Shown here: piece by piece, positions 37,889-58,002 of the stretch
Layout: every line of letters starts with the position of its first letter
Position numbering within the stretch: the first letter of the stretch is position 1
Source: Eledone cirrhosa
Taxonomy: Eukaryota
Reading direction: 5' to 3'
Assembly: GCA_964016885.1 (NCBI GenBank)
Contig: CAXHJY010000359.1
Coordinates: forward strand, 11,057 to 75,056
DNA length: 64,000 bases
Notes under the pieces: model-generated
Told to the model about the DNA's origin: nothing
The model's input: only the letters and a program-made list of their open reading frames with translations
Database searches by the model: none
Program-made: the position numbers and the translations under genes

Positions 37889-38849
37889 TGGAAATTATTT
37901 AGTATTTATTGAATGGTTACTTTTCCATCATGTTCTAAATCTTAAGTATTTAGACCATCTTCGTCCGTACATAAACTTACATAAAATATATCCCATGTAT
38001 ATACGCACATTCTTTATACCACCCCACACACGTACGTATACAAATATATATATATTTCCATCCATCATTTAAAGTATAATAAAGTAAGAAGCGCGGGACT
38101 GCGTACGGTTTATAATTTTTTTTTTATTCCTTTAGTAAAATAAGTTGGATTACTTTGAATAAATAATGAATATTACATAATTTATCTAGTAAATTTCGTG
38201 GCTGTTCATTAAATATATTTTATTACTTATTTAAAGATTCACTTTAACATTTTCAAATGTCAACACTTCCGGTTAGCGTTCGTTTAAATAAATATTCATA
38301 TATTTCTGTCACTAATTTTCTTCTAATGCAGTTTATATATATCGTTTTTTTAATTTTTTTTATTTTTTTTTATTTTTTAATGTATCATGGATTACGTTAC
38401 TGATTACATAAAACAGTGTAACGCAGTCTTTGTTCAATTTCTGTGTATTTGTCAATTACGATTTTATTTGTATCATATCTACATGCATATATACTTGTGT
38501 ATAATATCAATATACACACTATACATGCTAGTAGAAAACCACCCGAAGGGTGGTTTTTCTGCTAGTATACATAATAGATACATTTTCGGTGTAAAACCAT
38601 TCAAACAGACACGTATATATATATCTATTGATATATCTAGATATTTAGATATATTTATAGATCAATAAATATGTACATGCCATATTTATATGTATTAGGT
38701 ATATTTAGATGAGCATGTAGTCGCGTCTTTTGGTTTTATAAGTTTACAGTATATTTATCGAATCGTATATTTTTGTATGTTATGATTGCTAAGATTTGCC
38801 TACTTAAATACATATGTATGTAAATATGAACATACATATCTCTCTACAC

Positions 38850-38905
<56 letters not shown>

Positions 38906-39087
38906 TATATAAACACGTAAGTTCATATATTTTTCATTCACATGTATGTGTAGGAACGAACGTATAATTCAACTTAATGTGATATTCGAGACATTCGTTT
39001 TTATTTGTGATTTAGTCTCGCATTAAGACACGCAATGCTATCATTTTACGCATGCATGCATGTATACTTGTGCGTGCGTGTGTGTGC

Positions 39088-39119
<32 letters not shown>

Positions 39120-39129
<10 letters not shown>

Positions 39130-39165
39130 CATACATTTGTGTGTGTGTGCACAAAATCATACATT

Positions 39166-39209
<44 letters not shown>

Positions 39210-39481
39210 AAATCATACATTTGTGTATATATATATATATATATAATATATATATATACACAAAATCATACATTTGTGTATATATATATAATATATATAT
39301 ATACACAATCATACATTTGTATATATATATATAATATATATATATATACACAAAATCATACATTTGTATATATATAATATATATATACACAAAATCATAC
39401 ATTTGTATATATATAATATATATATATACACAAAATCATACATTTGTATATATAATATATATATACACAAAATCATACATT

Positions 39482-39529
<48 letters not shown>

Positions 39530-39671
39530 AAATCATACATTTGTGTGTGTGTATATATATATATATATACAAAATCATACATTTGTATATATATATATAT
39601 ATATATATATATACAAAATCATACATTTGTGTGTGTGTGTATATATATATATATATACAAAATCATACATT

Positions 39672-39711
<40 letters not shown>

Positions 39712-39725
39712 AAATCATACATTTG

Positions 39726-39763
<38 letters not shown>

Positions 39764-39807
39764 CATACATTTGTATATATATATATATATATAAAATCAT
39801 ACATTTG

Positions 39808-39845
<38 letters not shown>

Positions 39846-39859
39846 AAATCATACATTTG

Positions 39860-39897
<38 letters not shown>

Positions 39898-39911
39898 AAA
39901 TCATACATTTG

Positions 39912-39949
<38 letters not shown>

Positions 39950-39965
39950 TAAAATCATACATTTG

Positions 39966-40003
<38 letters not shown>

Positions 40004-40017
40004 AAATCATACATTTG

Positions 40018-40055
<38 letters not shown>

Positions 40056-40069
40056 TAAAATCATACATT

Positions 40070-40111
<42 letters not shown>

Positions 40112-40121
40112 CATACATTTG

Positions 40122-40157
<36 letters not shown>

Positions 40158-40171
40158 AAATCATACATTTG

Positions 40172-40205
<34 letters not shown>

Positions 40206-40218
40206 AAATCATACATTT

Positions 40219-40263
<45 letters not shown>

Positions 40264-40322
40264 AAATCATACATTTGTATGTATATATATTATATATATA
40301 TATATAAAAAATCATACATTTG

Positions 40323-40360
<38 letters not shown>

Positions 40361-40368
40361 CATACATT

Positions 40369-40410
<42 letters not shown>

Positions 40411-40418
40411 CATACATT

Positions 40419-40458
<40 letters not shown>

Positions 40459-40490
40459 CATACATATATATATATATAAAATCATACATT

Positions 40491-40524
<34 letters not shown>

Positions 40525-40538
40525 AAATCATACATTTG

Positions 40539-40576
<38 letters not shown>

Positions 40577-40614
40577 CATACATTTGTGTATATATATATA
40601 CAAAATCATACATT

Positions 40615-40658
<44 letters not shown>

Positions 40659-40672
40659 CAAAATCATACATT

Positions 40673-40704
<32 letters not shown>

Positions 40705-40824
40705 CAAAATCATACATTTGTGTATATATATATATATATTTAATATATATATACAAAATCATACATTTGTGTGTATATATATATATATTTAATATATATA
40801 CAAAATCATACATTTGTATGTATG

Positions 40825-40862
<38 letters not shown>

Positions 40863-40870
40863 AATGTATG
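39120..40870. repeat. Minisatellite: constant AAAATCATACATTTG anchor separated by variable (TG)n(TA)n
   Basis: Several dozen copies of the anchor, visible directly. Confidence 0.95.
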
Positions 40871-41454
40871 TGTGTGAACATATATTTATGTATATATGGA
40901 TAATATATAATACATATATCTTTCTATGTACGTATACATATCTATATATAAATGTAAGTATATTTATGTGTTATAGAGATAGATATTCTTATATCGATAG
41001 ATATGTGTTTATATACTTACTGCCATATATTTATATATGCAGTTAATTCTTTATACACACATATATATATATATACTTACAGCCATATATATTTGCAGAT
41101 ATGCATATATATATACATATATGCGCACGCATGTACATACATATTCACACGTACATGTAGACACAGATACATACATACATATACATACAGATGTGTATAT
41201 GTATGCTTGCATCCATAATCTATGTATATAGATGTGTGTATATCATAGACATAAACACTTGCAACCATATGTAAACATTATCTGAATTTAATTTCTCTAA
41301 CCGTCCCTCTCCTGTTTATATTTTAAGTTTGAGCTTCAAAGTCTTTATGAATATTTTTCGATATTTAGTGTTAATCTATATATTTAAAAAAATATCTTTT
41401 CATATACATGTGTGTGTGTGCATGCATGTATAAACGATAATAGTGTCCGTTGTT

Positions 41455-42620
41455 GTCAGTCCGATGATAGGGCGTATGTCTTCGACAGGATGAGAATGTC
41501 AGATATGATCGACCCCATAAATGAAAGAACCAGAACTGAATACATCAGAGTAAAGAAAATATGGTCACAAGAAAGAACTATCGGCGTATAACAAATACAT
41601 TGCCCACAATACTTATGCTGTGCCAATCCTAACGCCAACATTTGGTCTGCTGAACGGGTCATTGCAAGAACTGAGATGGATGTAAGAACTCGCAAGCTTC
41701 TCACTGTTACTGGAAACTTTAACATCAATGGCGATGTTGATAGGCTATACTTCTCATGCAAGGAAGGTGGCCGGGGTCTAACATCCATATTAACATCATA
41801 CGAGACCCGGACCGTAACATTGAAGCAACATCTTCAACAGAAGAAAAAGGTCAGCAACCATTAAAGCACAACTGGCCCGATATTGTACAGGCCAGTTGTG
41901 CTTTAATTTGGTTGCAGTTTTTATTTTCAGATTCCACCAATATTCCTTAGTGTCATCTATCTCAACATATTCCTCCTCGTTTGTTTTTAATTGGGTTTTC
42001 CTAAGTGCGTTCCAGATGGTTCTCGCTATCACATCGAGTCTCATAGGAATGAGACGACATTCTTTCGCAATTGGTAACAATATAACGATTGGTAACGATC
42101 TTTATTTTACATGGCCATCAGTCGACAATAAATGTAGGCTATCCTCTTTTGGGTAGCAGATATTTGGTAGGGATTTCTTATTCCTGTATTGCATAGATAT
42201 CCTTGAAGGTGGGATATCATAAACTGGTCAGAACTCTCTGCCAGGCTTTTTGAATGATTTATGGTATGTTTTTCGTCTCAGATACCCATGCACAACTTTC
42301 TCTGTAAATTGTTCCATTTTAGTGTTTGGGATCACACAATGAAAACGTGATCTTTTGTAGAGATCAGCTGCCCATTTGATGTCAATATTGCAAGAAAAAG
42401 TACAAGAGATCTGCGGACCATTAATGAAGAGTTTGCAGATCTAGTATCTAAGGTGCACCTTCAGCTTCATACCCATCATTATTGGAGATACAGGTTATAT
42501 ACAAACCCATTTGGACCAACGTATAACTGAACTAGGATTTGTGGATAAAGAGCGCAGTTCCCTAATTCATAGACTACAAATGACTGCGATAGCTGGCACC
42601 TTCAAAATTTGTCATCCCTT
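41455..42620 (+). mobile_element. R4/Dong-clade non-LTR retrotransposon 3' part with an internal inversion
   Basis: Plus strand DVRTRKLL...DVDRLY...EGGRGL. Minus strand MRLDVIARTIW...YWWNLKIKT...HNWP. Plus strand again from ~42340 with ISCPFDVN and IPIIIG. Confidence 0.75.
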
Positions 42621-42805
42621 GAATGGCGAATGTTTTGCAATTTCTTTTCTTTTACAACCTTGCCACCAGGAAGATGGCTCGTCAAAAGTGTGTGTGTGTG
42701 TGTGTGTGTGTGTCGATTCTAATCAATTTTTATGCTCTTTAAACTCAGACGAAATTTTGTCAAACATTAATAGGAAAAGTCGTGTGTGTATATGATGTAC
42801 TTGTT

Positions 42806-42836
<31 letters not shown>

Positions 42837-43311
42837 TAACCCTCTAAAAAGGGAAATCATATCAAATCCCAGACTACCATTTGCCTCCATTATGGCCCAA
42901 CCAAGCGCTCTTGCCATAACACCTTTTAAACTGCTTATCCTCAAGAACTATGCCTGTAGATAATATTCTTTCTTTCCCATTACCTTATGTTCCACATCAC
43001 CCCCCCTTTTTTTTTCTTTTTTTCTTTCTACTTCAAAAACCTTGTTTGTAAATGATATATTTTTACTTTCCCATTTCCTTAACATGTTCAACATCACATT
43101 ATTTTCTCTCCAGCATTTTATACCAATACAAATTCCCCCCTTTGATAATGCATAAAATGCTAAGACAATTATTAAATAAATAAATAAATAAACTAATACC
43201 TTAACACTTCACAAAGTAAAAATATTTTGTTTTAAACATTTTCTAACCCAGAAAAAAAAGGATTAAGGGGGAGGAAAAAAAAATGTTCTTCCTAATAATC
43301 GTCTTTTTCTC

Positions 43312-43356
<45 letters not shown>

Positions 43357-44047
43357 TATATATATATATATTATACTTGGGGAGGGTCATATTTGTGCAA
43401 TAATATTGCCAGAATTAATAACGGAACACACTCACTGTTTGGTTGGTTTTCGCTTCTGTGTCTTTTTATATCGGTTAATTGTAATAATATTGCCAGAATT
43501 ATATATAAAGGAAAAGAAATCGTAAATGCAACTGGAGTCTTTAAGAATATTTGTTTCCTTTACCAGTTTCACAGTTCTTATGCTTTTCAAAAGTACAATT
43601 GAGATGGAGGGTTTGTGGTTAAAAACCACACTCTCTTTTTTCTTTTCTTTTCTTTTTTCTTTTCTTTTCTATTTGCTTTTTCTATTTGCTTTTTCTATTT
43701 TCTTTTTCTCTAAATATAGAGATAAGGTAGATATAATTTCTTGTAAACAAGAGACAGATGAGAACATTCAATACTATTTCCTCATAGTTCATTTATCCAA
43801 ACAAAGGTAGTTAACAATATTTAACAATTATATATGTAAATCATTACATTCTATGTAGATTGTTCAGTAGATAACCAGATACCGAGATTTGACCGGCCGG
43901 TTGCCGTCGAGATACCCGGTTCCGGTGTCCTCGAAATCTGCTACGGACTGGCGTTTTCTTACCACAAATCATGAGGGCCTCCCGCTTCAAGAAGGAACCT
44001 TGCGAGCTGGAATGACTTGTGCAGTATGTTTGTGTGTCTCTATATGC

Positions 44048-44089
<42 letters not shown>

Positions 44090-44183
44090 GTGAGTGTGTA
44101 TATATACATGCATGTATGCATATATATTTGTAGTAAGGTTGCTTGGATGCGTCCATGGGCGGTATGCCTGATTATTTGTTTTA

Positions 44184-44229
<46 letters not shown>

Positions 44230-44240
44230 AATATAGAAGA

Positions 44241-44289
44241 GATTCTACAGGACTAGAACTGTTTCATTCGTGAGAAATCATCAGTAATC
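44241..44289 (-). ncRNA. Type I hammerhead ribozyme (copy 1)
   Basis: Minus strand GATTA-CTGATGA-TTTCTCACGAAT-GAAA-CAG(TTCTAGTC)CTG-TA-GAATC. Stem I extends ~19 bp (44226-44244 with 44286-44304). Confidence 0.7.
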
Positions 44290-44484
44290 TCTTCTATATT
44301 AAAACTTTTATACTCTATGTATTGAGTATTGGAATAACATACTATATATATATATATTATATATATATAATATATATATATATATAGTAAGTTATTTATT
44401 ATATATATATAGTAAGTTGAATCGGAGGTAACCACAGTAAGTAAGGTACTCAATACATAGAGTATAAGTTTTAAATATAGATGA

Positions 44485-44533
44485 GATTCTACAGGACTAG
44501 AACTATTTCATTCTTGAGAAATCATCAGGAATC
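44485..44533 (-). ncRNA. Type I hammerhead ribozyme (copy 2)
   Basis: Minus strand GATTC-CTGATGA-TTTCTCAAGAAT-GAAA-TAG(TTCTAGTC)CTG-TA-GAATC, with a perfect 5-bp stem I. Confidence 0.7.
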
Positions 44534-44694
44534 TGACTGTCCAAATAAATGTGGTGGTATTTATATCTTTTCTTTCAATCAATGACCTTCACTCATCCCA
44601 CTCCACACCCTCTCCTACCACCAGAAAAGATATACCACCAGATATAATACCAGCATCTATATTAAAACTTATATATAGGAGAGAGAGTGACAAT

Positions 44695-44915
44695 AAGTCA
44701 GATTTGCAGCTTTTTATGAAACTTTATTGCATCTTACAATTGTTTTGATATCGATTAGCTTGGGTTTGATCAGGCGACCGGATCCCGTCTCTTAATCTAC
44801 ACTTCTTCGTGTAGATTAAGAGTCGGGATCCGACCACCTGATCAACCCAAGCTGATCGATATCAAAACAATTGTAATATACAATAAAGTTTCATAAAAAG
44901 CTGCAAATTTAACTT
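44695..44915. repeat. Long imperfect inverted repeat (~105-bp arms, TTCTTC loop)
   Basis: TTTGCAGCTTTTTATGAAACTTTATTG...CTCTTAATCTACAC pairs with GTGTAGATTAAGAG...CAATAAAGTTTCATAAAAAGCTGCAAA. Confidence 0.9.
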
Positions 44916-44996
44916 CTCATTGTAACTCTATATATTGACTCTGCAAACTACAGCCGCCTTAAATTTGGAGCACAATTCTACGAGAGACGGACCCCG

Positions 44997-45035
<39 letters not shown>

Positions 45036-45180
45036 TTTATATATATATATATAAAATGTATGTATGTATGTATGTATGTAATATATATATGTATTTGCAT
45101 GCATATTTGATATGCAATTGGAGTTGTAGACGCATGGAAAAGATGGCAGAGAAAGCGTAGACTCTATTTTATTCTAGTGA

Positions 45181-45300
45181 TCTATATATATAAAACTGAA
45201 GTTGTCTGTGTCCTCATTTTTGCAAAGTCTATATAAATCCACATTTCTACTCCGATTGACTTCAAACTTCCATTTATATATTCCTTGTGGTCTAAAGATA
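45181..45300 (+). mobile_element. Possible non-autonomous Helitron 5' end
   Basis: A|TCTATATATATAAAACTGAAGTTGTCTGTG followed by CCGATTGACTTCAAACTT. No matching 3' CTAG end was found. Confidence 0.35.
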
Positions 45301-45578
45301 TTAACTGCCGCATTTATTTTTTTCAATTTCTGTTGTTAAAGGGTGTTAGGCGCCGGTTATCCATCTCCGTCGCGCTCTTATATCTGTCTGAATGCCTGAC
45401 TGTCTGCATAACGTCATTGCTGACATTATCTTCGCTACATTCGCGCCACGCACGCGCACATATATATATATATATATACATATATACTTATATATACATA
45501 TACACACATATATACAAACACATATACACATATATAGATACAGTCTTTCTCTGTATATATATATGTGTGTGTGTGTAT

Positions 45579-46071
45579 GTACGTCCTTATCAGATAAAAT
45601 AAGATGATGCATGACATACCCTGACATAGTCGATGGTTAAGATCCAGTCCTGGTAGTAAGATGACACCAGTCCTGGTAGTGAGTAAGATATGACAACTCA
45701 ATATTTATATACCTTAAGATTGATACATGAAAAAACCTACATATAATACAGAGGGTGCGTGTAAGAAAGCTTAAAAATACATAACAGTAATTTACATAAC
45801 TGTTAAAGATTCAAATAATTATTGAAGAAAAAGGAAAGTCTTTTTTCTTTCCTTTTTCTTCAATAATTATTTGAATCTTTAACAGTTATGTAAATTACTG
45901 TTATGTATTTTTAAGCTTTCTTACACGCACCCTCTGTATTATATGTAGGTTTTTTCATGTATCAATCTTAAGGTATATAAATATTGAGTTGTCATATCTT
46001 ACTCACTACCAGGACTGGATCTTAACCATCGACTGTCGTGCATCATCTTATTTTATCTGATGAGGACGTAC
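45579..46071. repeat. ~490-bp near-perfect palindrome (inverted pseudo-LTR-like structure)
   Basis: Arms 45579-45838 and 45847-46071 with an 8-nt spacer. The left arm carries two small insertions. Confidence 0.9.
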
Positions 46072-46115
46072 TGTTGATGTTAGCTCAGTACCTCTGAAAT
46101 ATGTATAATAAAATA
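46049..46115 (+). ncRNA. Minimal type I hammerhead ribozyme of Penelope type
   Basis: TATTTTAT-CTGATGA-GGACGTACTG...CAGTACCTCT-GAAA-TATGTA-TA-ATAAAATA: 8-bp stem I and a self-complementary stem III. Confidence 0.7.
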
Positions 46116-46402
46116 TACTTGATCACAATGAAGTACTATTTTGTTAATATTTTGAATGAATGTTAATAACTCCGGAAACCAAATCTGTTGAGTGCTGCCA
46201 ATCTATTGTAAAACTAATTCTTTGATTTATTCATTAACCTTGTTTAACCTTTGTGTGTGTGAATAAGGGTTGACGGACCCAGCATATTTATCAATGCCAG
46301 TACCGGTTGTATCTCGGCGCACTCAATGGGCAATGTAAGATACATTACCAGAGTATACAGTTATTTTCCTCAACACAACACACGTAAAACGGGTGCCTAT
46401 AA

Positions 46403-46516
46403 GGTTCCCGGACTCGAGTTTCTGCAGCACTAATGCAGCAGTAAGGTGCACTGCACCATCTGTCTGCATATATTATGCAACAATGCACAATCGGCTTATG
46501 CGGCTTCATCAGCGGT
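46403..46516 (-). ncRNA. Possible hammerhead with an enlarged stem II
   Basis: Minus strand CCG-CTGATGA-(~80 nt)-GAAA-CTCGAG-TC-CGG. Stem III is palindromic, stem I has 3 bp, and stem II closure is weak. Confidence 0.4.
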
Positions 46517-46892
46517 ATCACCTAATCAATAACCAATCGATCGACAGAACCCAAACACCGGCCCATGCCGGTCATGAGTGCTTGTGATAACCGACACGGT
46601 AAAGCGATGAGCAACTGGCAACCGATAGGACTCTCTCTCTCTCTCTCTCAACTAGCCACTGATTTACACATTTTACGTGGGGACGGGAAGCTAAAAAGAA
46701 TCAATCTTTTAGTTCCTGTCAGAAGCTCTCAGCCAACGTCTCACACACAAATTATCAAGGGGTGAAAAGATGGCTATTAGAAATAGCAGTTCACATTGAT
46801 ATAAAATAGAATGGTAGCATTCGGTTCATGTCTCCAAGCCCCAGGGCTAGAGGAAAGCGATGGTAACAATGGTGGTGCCAAGAACCTTTAAC

Positions 46893-55026
<8,134 letters not shown>

Positions 55027-55040
55027 AGGCCATGTCTAAC

Positions 55041-57956
55041 TTAATAGCACCACCTGGCGAAGTCTTTCAATTGAGGATTGGGCACCATGGCCCATTCGAG
55101 AAGAGAATTACTGTTTGCGGAGACATATCCGGGTGTGGGTGGTTTGTCCGGGATTACTTGGAGGAATTTGTCCAAAGACTTCTTGAATTTTGTGTGGTCA
55201 GTTTCTGTTTTGACGTGTCCTGGTGTGATGTTGAAGAGAGCAGGGCCGATTGACGTGAAATAATTGTGCAGTATTGTTGTTATGAGTTGCGATTTAGATT
55301 TCTGAATGGGACGGATAGCACGGGGCCCAAGCCTTGGGTGTATCTTGAAGGCGATGCCAACATCATTTGGGCAGTGATGATGGAACATTTTCCACATCAT
55401 GCAGATAATATAACGCTCACGGCGACGTTGGAGTGAGTAAAGTTTCAGGTTTTCTAATCGACCCCAGTAGTCAAGGTCTGACATGCCATCTATCTTTTTC
55501 GTGATTGCCCTTTGAGGAGCTTCAAGTTTCATGATATTTTGTTTCGTGTGGGGAGACCACAGTGGACAACAGTATTCAAGGTGTGGTCGGGCGAAAGTAG
55601 AGAAGAGAAGGATAATGGTGCGGGAATCTCTCGACTGGAAGGTTCTGAGGATCCAGGAACACATTCTGCGGGCCATGTCAACTTTGCTGCTTATATGCGT
55701 GCTCCAGCTTATGTTGCTGTCCACGGTTACTCCCAAGTCTCTGATGTTGTTAGATGCCACGAGAGTTTCCTCGGAGGGAAGGGAGTACGGGAGTTTCAGA
55801 GCATCCTCTTTTCCAAAGTGGATCAGTTCGAATTTGTCTTCGTTCAGTAACATGTTGTTCTTTTCTGCCCATTGGGTAACAGCCAGTAGGTCTGACTGAA
55901 GGCTTATCCGGTCATCCACGCCATTGATGACCTTTTGGAGCTTGGAATCATCAGCGAAAATTTTAATGTTGCTGTGTTTGATGATGTCAGTGATGTCATT
56001 AATATAGATGATGAAGAGAAGTGGGCCCAACACAGTGCCTTGTGGGACCCCCACTACTGACTTTGGCTGGGCTTGATTTGACTCCCTCAACTACAACATG
56101 TTGGGTTCTGTTTGACAGGAAGCTCTTGATCCACTGCAGCAGCTTTCCAGTGACACCAATATTGGACAGCTTTCTCAGTAGAATGTTATGATCAACCCTG
56201 TCAAAGGCCTTGCTGAAATCAAGGTAGATAACATCAGTGTTGGAACCCTCTCCCAAGGCTCTCAAAATGTCATCAAAGTGATGCAGTAGCTGCGTCAGGC
56301 AATCCCTTCCATTACGGAATCCATGCTGGTTGGAGTTCAGCATATTGTTACTCTCAAGGAAGTGGGTCATTCGCGATCTCACCACTCGCTCAAATACCTT
56401 AATGATATGAGAGGTGAGTGAGATTGGACGGTAATTCACGGCAAGGGATTTGTTTCCCTTTTTGAAAACTGGGACAACAGACTGGGATAGAAGGTTTTCT
56501 GGCACATATCCAGCATCCAGTGAGTTCCGCCACAGATTGGCAAGAGGAGATGCAAGTTGGTGTTGACACGCCTTCAAGACACAAGCAGGGAACCTATCGG
56601 GACCTACTGCTGAATTATGCTTGATTTCCTTTATTGCCGCTAAGACATCAGGGGCGCCAAACGTTATGTCCGATAAACAGAGCAGTATTGTTTCTGCAGT
56701 ATCTCACCCATGGTTTTAGCATTGTCTTGAAGAGTGCCATTTTCATCAATTAGAGGGCCAACAATAGAGCCAGTGATTTTGTGTTTTTTTGCAAATGAAA
56801 AGAACACTTTGGGATTGAGTTTGATCTTCTCAATGGCCCAGGCCTCTTCAGCTCTTCTCTGATTGTTGATGAGGGACATTATGTTGTTTTGGAGGTTATG
56901 TTTTTTAATCTCTAGTGATGAAATGGCAGTCAAGTTGATGTGTTGCTGCTGACAGTATTTCAGCTTGTTGATTTTTTTGTTCGTTCTCTTAATTTTTCTG
57001 ATGAGCGTTTTTCTATTTCTAGGGATTCTGCTCTTAGATTTGTTTATAGTTCTTAATGGGGTGTGTTTAGCACATATGTTTGTAACAGTGTCCACAAATG
57101 TCTGCCAGGACTTTTTGATGTTAGTGGGTGTATGAGTGTGCGTGAAGGACCAGTCGACATGTGCAAGATCATGACTGATCGCTTCCCAGTTTGCATTGTG
57201 GAAATCCATAGCGTCAAACGGATGGACAGGAGAGATGACATTGGGTTTGTATATTGGCCGGTGGAATCTCAGATCACAGAGAACCATGTCATGATCAGAG
57301 AGTAGAGTTTTCTCCACTGCAATATTGTGGATATTGTCAGTGTGATTGCTGAAAATTAAGTCTAGGACGTTTTTGTGGCACCTCGTTGGTTCGAGCACCA
57401 GTTGGGATAGGAAGAAATCATCCATGAAGTCAAGAAGCGATTCCACAGCTTCCCTGTCAGAGGTTGAGGCAGAAGAACCTGGTGGCAGGCTGTTTGTGGA
57501 CCAGTCAACTCCGGGGAGGTTGAAGTCCCCCATCATTAAGATGTTGTCAGGGTGACACTCTTGGATGAAACACTTTATGCTGTTGAGGCATTCCTTGAAG
57601 CATGGTACAGGCGTTTGGGGTGGCCTATAGAGCCCAACTACTAATAGGTTGTTGGTTTGACTGAATACAGTGACTGCTTCACAGTATCCATTAGTGAATA
57701 TGTTCATAGCCTCTGTTGAGAAAGAATTATGGACATAAATGGCAGTTCCGCCCTTTCTTCTGCCAGCGCGATCAGCACGGATGGCTTTGAAATTTTTCAC
57801 TTTCACCTCGGCTTCCAAGTGGAGGTTACTGAGATGGGTTTCAGTGAGGACGAAGAAAGGGATGTGGTTTGGATGGACATCAATCCAGTCCTCCAGGAAT
57901 TTGATCTTCCATTTTTGAGTATTGGTGGAAGGGCTGATGCCTTGGGCGTTAAGCAA
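55041..57956 (-). pseudogene. LINE ORF2 (APE endonuclease plus reverse transcriptase), split into three ORFs
   Basis: APE motifs LTETHL, LYRPP, MGDFNLP, LDLIF and SDH. RT motifs YRPISLTS, QHGFR, YLDFSKAFD, VPQGTVLGP and FADD. C-terminal YSLQRRRERY and IPDKP. Breaks at ~56670 and ~56050. Confidence 0.92.
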
Positions 57957-58002
57957 AAATGTAGAGGCGAGAGTGGATGGTTTTCATTGTTTTGGTGTGT
58001 TG

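Noticed and set aside
38085-38285. Possible promoter (ACTTCCGG ETS-like motif)
   Set aside because: It is a single short motif with no associated gene or transcript evidence.
39120-40870. CRISPR-like repeat-spacer array
   Set aside because: The repeat is only 15 nt, the spacers are simple dinucleotide runs, there are no cas genes, and the context is eukaryotic.
43885-43951. GC-rich stem followed by CGAAA...TA-CGGACTGG, a possible hammerhead
   Set aside because: The CUGANGA core is absent (TTGCCGT instead), so it is too decayed to call.
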